Source: an uncultured Gemmatimonadaceae bacterium
Lineage (GTDB): Bacteria > Gemmatimonadota > Gemmatimonadetes > Gemmatimonadales > Gemmatimonadaceae
Length of the DNA: 64,000 nt
Assembly (NCBI GenBank): GCA_963736315.1
Contig: CAVTOB010000001.1
Span: forward strand, 958,287-1,022,286
Direction: 5' to 3'
Part shown: one piece after another, positions 56,730-64,000 of the stretch
Layout of the letters: the number at the start of each line of letters is the position of its first letter
How positions within the stretch are numbered: the first letter of the stretch is position 1
Program-made: the position numbers and the translations under genes
Notes under the pieces: model-generated
What the model saw: the letters and a program-made list of their open reading frames with translations, nothing else
Told to the model about the DNA's origin: nothing
The model's database searches: none

Positions 56730-57131
56730 AGTGTCTCCTCGTCAGTGGCAGCGACTGCGCGACCACTAATACAATTGTTAAAAAGCGCGTGTGGCGGAGC
56801 GCCCACGATGCTTCAGTATGTCGTCGCGGGGGGTGGCGCGAAGTCGGGGCAGTGTCTGCACTCGTGTAGTCGTGTGCCGGTATCGCTGATGGGCAAACAC
56901 CTGACACGATGCGCGGCCCGCGGTGATAAGTAGTGCTGCGTCCTTGCATCGGCATCGGACTTGCGATGCCAAGGTCAGCCGCAACGCGGTTCGGCGGTGA
57001 CGCCTGTCGCCGCCGCGCACGCAGCAACGGCTGGAACAGTCATACGCATACGGACCGCGGTGCATCGAGCGCAGTCATTCAGGCAGCCTCGCCGGCGTTC
57101 GCGGATTATGCTCCACAGGGAGGCGCGACAG

Positions 57132-57863
57132 ATGAAGCGCATACGAGTTCTCAGCGCGACATTCCTTCTCTTGGCCGTCGGTGGCAATGCGGCCGTGTAC
57201 GCCCAGGGCCGCGGGCAGGAGAAGCAGAAACCGAAACAGGAACAGAAAAAGCAGCCCGAAAAGCAGGTCCCGCCGCAGGAGCAGCAGCAGCGCGCGCGAC
57301 AGGAGGAGCAGCGCGCGGCGCAATACAAACAGCGTCTCGACGCGCAGGTTGCGGCGGCGCAGCAGCAGGCGGCGCAACTCGCGGCGCAGAAGCGGGCCGC
57401 CCAGGCGGCCGCCCAGGAGCAATACGCCGCCGCGTTGCGCCAGCAGCAGCAGCGGCTCCAGGCCCCGCGCGATTACTCGCACGACCCGTACGTGACCACG
57501 CCACACACGTATCGCTACGTCATCGGCGGCAATACGCGTCAGACCAACCAGTATGGGGCCGACGTGTTGCGCCAGGCGGTGAACGACGGCTATCAGCAAG
57601 GCTACCGGGCCGGCCAAGCGGACCGCCAGGATCGCAGGCGGTCATCATACCAGACGACCTTCGAGTACAAGGACGCGAACTACGGCTACGACGGCAGGTA
57701 CGTCGACCAGTCCGACTACAATTACTACTTCCGGCAGGGCTTCCGCCGCGGGTACGAGGACGGATACAACAGCCGATACCGATATGGGAGGTCTGAGAAC
57801 GGCACGCCCGTCATCCTGGCCGCCCTTTTGATTACCATTCTCGGACTCAAGGCGATGCAGTGA
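57132..57863 (+). CDS. Hypothetical secreted Gln/Ala-rich coiled-coil protein with a Tyr/Gly/Arg-rich region and a C-terminal TM segment
   Basis: ATG 57132 gives signal peptide MKRIRVLSATFLLLAVGGNAAVYAQ. A long Q/A/K/E-rich tract follows. The C-terminus is VILAALLITILGL. Confidence 0.6.
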   Translation: MKRIRVLSATFLLLAVGGNAAVYAQGRGQEKQKPKQEQKKQPEKQVPPQEQQQRARQEEQRAAQYKQRLDAQVAAAQQQAAQLAAQKRAAQAAAQEQYAAALRQQQQRLQAPRDYSHDPYVTTPHTYRYVIGGNTRQTNQYGADVLRQAVNDGYQQGYRAGQADRQDRRRSSYQTTFEYKDANYGYDGRYVDQSDYNYYFRQGFRRGYEDGYNSRYRYGRSENGTPVILAALLITILGLKAMQ

Positions 57864-58006
57864 TGATCGCCGCACGCTTCGATGGCACTGTGCCGCGAAT
57901 CGATTGTTGACACCGGCGACCCGGTGCGGAAGCCGGTCCCGACAACTCACCCCGCAGCGACGCCCGTCGCTGCGGGGTTCGTATTAGCGGCATAGAGAGC
58001 CATGAT

Positions 58007-59713
58007 ATGGAAACGGTGAAGCGTGGCGCCCTGATCCTCTCGATCGCCGCTGCGCACGCGGCCGCGCAGCGCGCGAGCCCCGCCGAAGGCGCGTGCGACG
58101 GCAAGATCGTGACCTCGATCGCCATCACGCCGCGCGATCCATCGTTCCTCGCCATTCCGCGGCAATTGCGCGGAGTGGCGCGCGCCGTGGGATTGCTCTC
58201 CACGACGTCGAAAGCGGCAACGATCGGCCGCTTCCTGCTCCTCTCGATTGGGCAACCGTGCACCGAGCGACAGCGTGCGGAGTCGGAGCGCATCCTGCGC
58301 CTGCAACCCTTTCTGGCCGACGCAAGCGTGCGGGTCGTGCCGGACACCGGGGCCGGCGTGCGCATCGCCGTCGAGACGATCGACGAGCTCCCGACGGTGC
58401 TCGACCTTCGGTTACGAGGCACGCACCCGTCGCTGGTCCGCTTCGGCAACGGCAACGTCGGCGGCCAGGGACTCTATCTGGCGGCGAGTGCCGAGCGCGG
58501 CTTGGCCTATCGCAACGGCTTCGGCGTGTACTCCGTGGCGAATCAGGTGCTCGGGGAGCCCTACACGCTCGCGCTCGTGGCGGAGCGCGCGCCGCTCGGC
58601 GGAGAGCTGACCGCCGCGTTTGGGCACAAGTTCTTCACCGACTTGCAGCGAACCGCGTGGCACGTGGGCCTCAGCGACATCGACCGCTATGTGTCCTTCC
58701 GCGTTCCCGACGACGACGCGCTGTCGCTCAATGTGCGGCGTCGGTTCTGGGACATCGGCGGCGTCCGCCGCATCGGGCTGGGGCGTCGCAGCGCGTTTGT
58801 CGGCACCCTCGTCACGCACGAGGACGTGACACCGACGGACCGATTCGTCGTGATCTCGGACTCCGGACTCGTCGCTGCTGTCGGTCCTCGACTCGTGGAT
58901 TCCGTTTCTCCGTACCGAAACCTGCGCGTCAATGGTGTCGCCGGCGTCCGCGCGCTGTCGTTCATGACGGTGCGCGGATTCGATGCGCTCACCGCCGCGC
59001 AGGACGTGGCCCTCGGCGCGCAGTTCGGCGCACTGGTCGGGCGGACGGTTCGGGGATTCGGAAATACCGACGACGACCTGTTCGTCTCGGCCGACTTCTA
59101 CGCGGGGATCGGGTCGCCAACGTCGTTCGGTGCCGTGCGCATCGACGGTGAGGCGCGCGACGACCGACGCACGGGCGACTGGGATTCCATGATCGGCAGC
59201 GGACGATTGGCCTGGTACTTCAAGCCTGCCGCGGCGCACGTCGTCATTGGCAGTCTCGAATTGTCCGGCGAGCGAGGCGAGCGTGTGCCGTTCCAACTCG
59301 CGCTTGGCGACCGGCAGGGCGGCGTGCGCGGCTACTCCGCGTCGAGCGATGCCGGCGCGATGCGCGGCGTCGCGCGCCTCGAAGAACGCTGGTCGATCGG
59401 CGGATTTACGTCGCACGACGCGCTGGGTCTCGCGAGCTTCGTCGACGCCGGCCGGGTCGGGGCGGGCGATGCACCGTTCGGCGTGAACAGCAGCGTGAAG
59501 GTCGGGATTGGCGTGGGACTCCTGGCGGCCTTCCCGCCACAGTCGCAACGGCTGTGGCGCTTGGACGTCGCCGTGCCGGTGAGCCCTGACGCGCATGCGC
59601 GCGGGGAAATTCGCCTGACCGGCTATTGGACGCGAAGGTTCTGGCGCGAGCCGGATGACGTGGCGCGCGGGCGCAGCGGGGCGGCGCCGTCAACGATCTT
59701 CACGTGGCCGTGA
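58007..59713 (+). CDS. Omp85/BamA-TamA-superfamily-like outer-membrane protein
   Basis: Signal peptide, a POTRA-like N-terminal region (KIVTSIAITPRD ... ILRLQPFLADASVRVVP ... VRIAVETIDE) and a long Gly/aromatic-rich beta region. The family call is tentative. Confidence 0.55.
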   Translation: METVKRGALILSIAAAHAAAQRASPAEGACDGKIVTSIAITPRDPSFLAIPRQLRGVARAVGLLSTTSKAATIGRFLLLSIGQPCTERQRAESERILRLQPFLADASVRVVPDTGAGVRIAVETIDELPTVLDLRLRGTHPSLVRFGNGNVGGQGLYLAASAERGLAYRNGFGVYSVANQVLGEPYTLALVAERAPLGGELTAAFGHKFFTDLQRTAWHVGLSDIDRYVSFRVPDDDALSLNVRRRFWDIGGVRRIGLGRRSAFVGTLVTHEDVTPTDRFVVISDSGLVAAVGPRLVDSVSPYRNLRVNGVAGVRALSFMTVRGFDALTAAQDVALGAQFGALVGRTVRGFGNTDDDLFVSADFYAGIGSPTSFGAVRIDGEARDDRRTGDWDSMIGSGRLAWYFKPAAAHVVIGSLELSGERGERVPFQLALGDRQGGVRGYSASSDAGAMRGVARLEERWSIGGFTSHDALGLASFVDAGRVGAGDAPFGVNSSVKVGIGVGLLAAFPPQSQRLWRLDVAVPVSPDAHARGEIRLTGYWTRRFWREPDDVARGRSGAAPSTIFTWP

Positions 59714-59799
59714 TCAGGGGATCCCTGAAGGCGTTCTGGCAGTTTCCCGACGGCCGCCCTTAGGCGGCGAGCGTATCGTTCGCGAGATGTCGCCGTCCG

Positions 59800-61338
59800 A
59801 TGAGCCCGTCGCAGCCAGAACCTCCGCGTTGGTCCTTCCACGGACACCGTATGCTCTCCGTCGCGCCGGATACGATCGCGTTCACCCGGAAGCCCCAAGG
59901 GTACGGACTGCCAACATCGCCGATTCCGGCGAGCGTCCTCGTGCCCTCCGAACGGTCGAACGAGAGTCACAAGTTCGAGGCGAGCGAGAAGGCGAGGCTG
60001 CGGCAACTCGCTGTCGCTGAACGATTGCTGCTCGGCGCCCTGCGCGAACGGGATGCCGCCAATCGGGCGGCGGCGGCGGAGGGGCGCGCGAAATTCCTCG
60101 CGACGGCGGGGCGCGATCTCGCAATGGCCCTCGATCGGGGTGCAATCCGTGAGATCGTTCGGCGATCCGCCCTACCGCGCGACGGGTCGTGGTGCATCGT
60201 GGATCTCGTCGAATCGAGTGGCGCCGTCCATCGCCTCGCCGTCGCCCACCCCGATCCGACAAAGGAAGCCCTGGCGCGTTCTCTCGAGGATACGTGGAAT
60301 CCGACGAGCGACACCTCGAGCGTAATAGACGCGGCGCGTCCTTCCAGACGGGAGCCGAGGGTCATCACCGAGGGTTCGGCCGCCGCGCTCATTGTCGCAG
60401 CGCACGGAGCGAAAAACCTCGAGCTGCTCCACAAGCTCGGCTTCGGCGCTTTGCTGGTCGTTCCGCTCCTCGTGCGTGACAGGTGCCTCGGCGCGATCAC
60501 ATTCGTCACGCGAGAAGGCGATGCGCCGTTGTCCGACGACGAGATTACGCTGGCGTCGGAGCTCGCCGAGCGCTGCGCGATCGCGCTGGACCATGCCCGC
60601 CTGTTCACCCAGGCCGATGAGCTCCGCGAGGCGGCCGACGCGGCGAATCGGGCGAAGTCCGCGTTCCTCGGCAACATGACCCACGAGCTGCTCTCGCCGC
60701 TCAATGCCATCGGCGGATACGCCGACATCATGGAGATGGAACTGCACGGCCCCGTGACTTCGGAACAGCGGGCGGACCTCGAGCGCATCAAACGCAATCA
60801 GGAGCATCTGGTCGCGCTGATCTCTGGAATTCTCCAGTACGTACGCTCCGAGACCGGTCACACCGATTACCAGCTCGCACGGCTCCCGGTCGGGCCCCTC
60901 GTGCGCGAGGCGGCTGACATGCTGGCCGGCGCCGCGGCCGGCAAGGATCTCGGACTCCGCGTGCAGCCGAGCGACTACGACGCGGCGGTGTGGGCCGACC
61001 ATGTCCGAGTCCGCCAGATACTGGTGAATCTGGTGACGAACGCGGTGAAGTACTCGCCCACCGGAGCTGGAGGCATCGTGCTCAGCTCCACCGCGGGCCC
61101 CGATGTCGTCCGTATTCACGTGTCGGACGCCGGCCCCGGAATTCCGAGAGAGAAGTTGGGGGCGATCTTCGAGCCGTTCGTGCAACTCGAGAACGGTCGT
61201 CGCGACCGGCAGGGCGGCGTCGGCCTTGGCTTGGCGATCAGCCGCGACCTCGCGCGCGGAATGAAGGGCGATCTCACGGTCGAGAGCACGCTCGGTGCCG
61301 GCTCCCGGTTCACTTTGACGCTTCCCCGCGCCAGCTGA
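59800..61338 (+). CDS. Cytoplasmic sensor histidine kinase with a GAF-like domain
   Basis: HisKA H-box is AFLGNMTHELLSPLNAI. HATPase N, G1 and G2 boxes are LVNLVTNAVKYS, DAGPGIP and GGVGLGLAISRDLA. The upstream GAF-like segment is LLVVPLLVRDRCLGAITFV. Confidence 0.88.
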   Translation: MSPSQPEPPRWSFHGHRMLSVAPDTIAFTRKPQGYGLPTSPIPASVLVPSERSNESHKFEASEKARLRQLAVAERLLLGALRERDAANRAAAAEGRAKFLATAGRDLAMALDRGAIREIVRRSALPRDGSWCIVDLVESSGAVHRLAVAHPDPTKEALARSLEDTWNPTSDTSSVIDAARPSRREPRVITEGSAAALIVAAHGAKNLELLHKLGFGALLVVPLLVRDRCLGAITFVTREGDAPLSDDEITLASELAERCAIALDHARLFTQADELREAADAANRAKSAFLGNMTHELLSPLNAIGGYADIMEMELHGPVTSEQRADLERIKRNQEHLVALISGILQYVRSETGHTDYQLARLPVGPLVREAADMLAGAAAGKDLGLRVQPSDYDAAVWADHVRVRQILVNLVTNAVKYSPTGAGGIVLSSTAGPDVVRIHVSDAGPGIPREKLGAIFEPFVQLENGRRDRQGGVGLGLAISRDLARGMKGDLTVESTLGAGSRFTLTLPRAS

Positions 61339-61431
61339 TTGTCCCGCCGCTCGTGCGATGGCTCGTGTGCCACGACCCGAATATTTTCGTGGTGCGCGAT
61401 GCCGGCGCCACACGGAGAAGGGCACATCGGG

Positions 61432-61863
61432 ATGACGACCCCAGAACCAGCTGCAACGGCCGCGCGTGAACTGGCTCGCTATCTGCTGGAGCGCGAAGCT
61501 GCCGACACCACCGACGCGGCCAGCCGCGCCGCGGCGATTCAGCGAGCGTGGGCGCGCGTATCGGAAACCCTCCGACGCTCCATCGGCGAGGACGGGTACA
61601 ACGCGTTGCTCGCGCGGGCGCTAGTGCACGCGGAGGCGCAGCACCCGGTGTTGAAGAACATTCGCCGCGCCGACGCGCCTGGAATTCGCCTGGACGTCAT
61701 CACGGCCGTCGAAGGCCACGGGGCGGCTAGCGCAGGCGCGGCCGTCGAAGCGCTGTTGGCCGCTATCGTCGAGATCCTCAGCGACCTCATCGGAGCGGAT
61801 ATGGTGCAAAATCTCTTGAATCGGGATGACCACCCTCAGGCAGGCGGACGGGGAACACATTAG
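61432..61863 (+). CDS. Hypothetical protein
   Basis: Internal ATG 61432 (MTTPEPAATAARELARYLLERE). The protein is helical and Ala-rich. No family was recognised. Confidence 0.4.
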   Translation: MTTPEPAATAARELARYLLEREAADTTDAASRAAAIQRAWARVSETLRRSIGEDGYNALLARALVHAEAQHPVLKNIRRADAPGIRLDVITAVEGHGAASAGAAVEALLAAIVEILSDLIGADMVQNLLNRDDHPQAGGRGTH

Positions 61864-63215
61864 CGCTCCAGTCGCGCGTTGCTCGCCCCGAGCACGCCGG
61901 TGTAATACGCCATCAGGGCCCGCTGGAAGGCCAGGCTCGACCTCGCATTAACCGCCGAGCTCTGAGCCTGGATGAGCGTTGCGCGCGCGAGCGCGACTTC
62001 GACGAACGTCGAGACGCCGTCGCGGTAGCGCGCCTGCGCCGCCTCGAGGGCGAGCGCGGCGGCCTGCTGCTGAGCATTCGTCTCGACGAGCTGCTCCTGC
62101 GCGACTTGATAGTCGAGGAAGGCGCGGCGCACCTCCAGGGCGACGGTTTGGTCGACATCGCGCAGCGCCAGCGTCTCGTTCTCGAGCAGGATCTGCGCGC
62201 GCTGGCGCGCGATGGACACGGTGCTTCGGTCGAAGATCGGCACCGAGACGCCGATGCCGAACGACCCGCCGCGCCGTTGATTGAGCTGGCTACCAAAGCT
62301 GCCGTCGGCGGTGCTGTTGACCCCGCTGCTGTATCCGGCGGTCGCTGAGATGAGGGGAAAGCGTCCGCCTTCCGCAACCAGGATCTCGCGCTTGGCCGCT
62401 TCGACGCGAAGGCGTTGCGCCTGAACGTCGACGCGCTGCGTGAGTGCGACCGTGATCAGGCTGTCCAGACAGAAATCCGGCGGGGGCTTCGTGGTGTCGC
62501 GCGGTGTCGGCGGTACGAACGTGTAGATGCCTCGTGGATCCAACAGGAGGTCCTGAATGAGATCGACGTTGGCGAGCTCCGTCGCGTGCCGCGCGTTGGC
62601 GACGGCCAACCGCGTCGAGGCGACGGCCGCTTGCTGCTGGTACAGGTCGCCGATCGCGCGCGTCCCCGCTTTCGTGAAAGCCACGAGCTGAGTGAGCTCC
62701 TGCTCCTGCGCGACGAGGTTCTCCTGCTGCACCCGCACCTGCTCCTGTTGCGTGATGAGATTCAGAAAATCCGACGCGACCGTGAACACGACGGTCTGTC
62801 TCGTCCGGCCCAGGTCCTGAGATCCGGCGCTCAGGATGAGCTCGGACTCGTGCAGCGAGTTGACGTTCTGCCGCCCGTTGTACAGCGTGACACCGCTCGA
62901 GACGCCGCCGCTGCCCGAAAACGAGTTTGGCGAGATCGAGCCATTGCCGTACCCCTGCGACGTCTGCCAGCTCGCGGACAGGTTGGGAAGGAAGGCATTG
63001 CGAAGTTGGCGAACGCTGAGCGAGTCGAGCGTCGTCGCGTTCCGCGCCAACCGCACGGAACTGTTCTGCGCCAGGGCGATGCGGATCGCCTCGGGGAGCG
63101 TTATCGGCCCCGCCTCGGGGTGGCGCGTCGTCGCCGTGTCTTGCGCAACGAGTGCCTGCGCGCTCGCCGCGAGCGCGACGATCGAGACGGCGAGTCGGGC
63201 GCGGGCGGCTGTCAC
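61860..63215 (-). CDS. tolC: TolC-family outer-membrane efflux protein
   Basis: GTG 63215 forms a GTGA overlap with the macB-like stop. There is a signal peptide and the two-repeat TolC pattern (LPEAIRIALAQNSSVRLA ... LVALTQRVDVQAQRLRVEAA). Confidence 0.85.
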   Translation of the reverse strand: MTAARARLAVSIVALAASAQALVAQDTATTRHPEAGPITLPEAIRIALAQNSSVRLARNATTLDSLSVRQLRNAFLPNLSASWQTSQGYGNGSISPNSFSGSGGVSSGVTLYNGRQNVNSLHESELILSAGSQDLGRTRQTVVFTVASDFLNLITQQEQVRVQQENLVAQEQELTQLVAFTKAGTRAIGDLYQQQAAVASTRLAVANARHATELANVDLIQDLLLDPRGIYTFVPPTPRDTTKPPPDFCLDSLITVALTQRVDVQAQRLRVEAAKREILVAEGGRFPLISATAGYSSGVNSTADGSFGSQLNQRRGGSFGIGVSVPIFDRSTVSIARQRAQILLENETLALRDVDQTVALEVRRAFLDYQVAQEQLVETNAQQQAAALALEAAQARYRDGVSTFVEVALARATLIQAQSSAVNARSSLAFQRALMAYYTGVLGASNARLER

Positions 63216-64000
63216 TCGTACCGCAGCGCCTCGATGGGATTGAGCGCCGCTGCCTTGCGCGCCGGATAGTAGCCGAAGAAAACGCCGACCGCCGCCGAGA
63301 ATCCAACCGCCATCAACACGGCCGACGGGGGCACCACCGTTTGCCATCCCGTGACGCGCGCGAGCAGCATCGCGCCCCCGTAGCCGGCAATGAGTCCGAC
63401 GAGGCCACCCAGAACGCTCATGACGATGCTCTCCACGAGGAATTGCGTGAGCACGTCCGAGCCGCGGGCGCCGATGGCCATGCGGATGCCGATCTCCCGC
63501 GTCCGCTCGGTGACGGAGACGAGCATGATGTTCATGATGCCGATGCCGCCGACGACCAGCGAGACCGAGGCGATCGCCGCCAACAGTCCGGACATCACCG
63601 ACGTCGTGCTCGTCGCCGCCGTGGCGATCTCGGTCTGATTGCGCACGGTGAAGTCGTCGTCGGCGCCGTCGCCCAACTTGTGCGACTCGCGCATGATCGC
63701 CGTGATCTCGCTTTGGGCGGCCGGAATGTCGCCGGGCGAGAAGGTGCTGACGAGAATCTGTCCGATGCGCACGTTGCCGCTGAGGCGCGTTTGCGCCGTC
63801 GTGTAAGGCATGAGAATCACGTCGTCCTGGTCCTGCCCGGCTGCGTTCTGGCCCTTCGCCGCGAGTACTCCGCTGACCGTAAACGGCGCGTGCCCGATCT
63901 GGATCTGGGCGCCGGTCGGCTCCTGACCCGGGAAGAGTTGCTTGGCCACGGTCGCGCCGAGGACCGCGACCTTGCGCCCCGAGGTGACGTCGACGTCGGT
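63212..64000 (-). CDS. macB: MacB-type ABC transporter permease (FtsX domain), 5' end outside window
   Basis: The frame stays open to the window edge. TERTREIGIRMAIGARGSDVLTQFLVES ... YYPARKAAALNPIEALRYE is the canonical MacB/FtsX C-terminus. Confidence 0.88.
   Translation of the reverse strand, partial: TDVDVTSGRKVAVLGATVAKQLFPGQEPTGAQIQIGHAPFTVSGVLAAKGQNAAGQDQDDVILMPYTTAQTRLSGNVRIGQILVSTFSPGDIPAAQSEITAIMRESHKLGDGADDDFTVRNQTEIATAATSTTSVMSGLLAAIASVSLVVGGIGIMNIMLVSVTERTREIGIRMAIGARGSDVLTQFLVESIVMSVLGGLVGLIAGYGGAMLLARVTGWQTVVPPSAVLMAVGFSAAVGVFFGYYPARKAAALNPIEALRYE

Overview
High-GC bacterial chromosomal window, roughly 65-70% GC by eye, with visibly lower-GC patches at 17.9-18.7 kb, 26.7-28.7 kb and 48.9-49.6 kb. 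The gene content includes ADOP-type duplicated FtsX permeases (one with a PadR regulator), an ECF sigma factor fused in an operon to a Ser/Thr kinase, and a FlgD-Ig/T9SS-type C-terminal domain. By inference only, this suggests a Gemmatimonadota/Acidobacteriota-like lineage.

Layout:
- 1-21.5 kb is plus-strand housekeeping: ribD(partial)-ribE-ribBA-ribH-nusB, a GT4 glycosyltransferase, hprK, a complete mannose-family PTS (IIA-IIB-IIC-IID), ptsH-ptsI, metK, a bifunctional-nuclease-family gene, a btuFCD/hmuTUV-like ABC importer, recO, selB and clpB.
- 22-31 kb is accessory: a nucleotidyltransferase two-gene module, tadA, tRNA-Ser(CGA), a DUF1801 gene and tRNA-Ser(GGA). A 6,000-bp integrative element is inserted in tRNA-Ser(GGA), bounded by a perfect 59-bp direct repeat. 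It carries a tyrosine integrase, an excisionase-like HTH, small ORFs, a low-GC cargo pair and a complete IS3-family element with a 3-bp target duplication.
- 31-47 kb holds a frameshifted ADOP permease, an ECF sigma/Ser-Thr kinase/lipoprotein module followed by a decayed duplicate fragment of the permease 3' end, a lipoprotein plus beta-barrel pair, an ammonium transporter, and a PadR-ADOP permease pair.
- 47.4-49.6 kb looks like a decayed mobile-element remnant. It has a paralogue of an island gene and a tRNA 3' fragment.
- 49.7-64 kb holds lhgO, a DUF3943-like gene, an operon (small lmo0937-family membrane protein, MsbA-like ABC exporter, PLD-family protein, metallophosphoesterase), an Omp85-like protein, a GAF histidine kinase, and tolC-macB (macB runs off the window).

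No rRNA, CRISPR array or recognisable riboswitch was seen. I found no recognisable defence system, and no convincingly new multi-gene system. The most interesting candidates are the island cargo pair at 27122-28518, the duplicated DUF2384-like module, and the rearranged ADOP-permease locus.

All calls come from reading the translated ORFs and the DNA. No database search was run.
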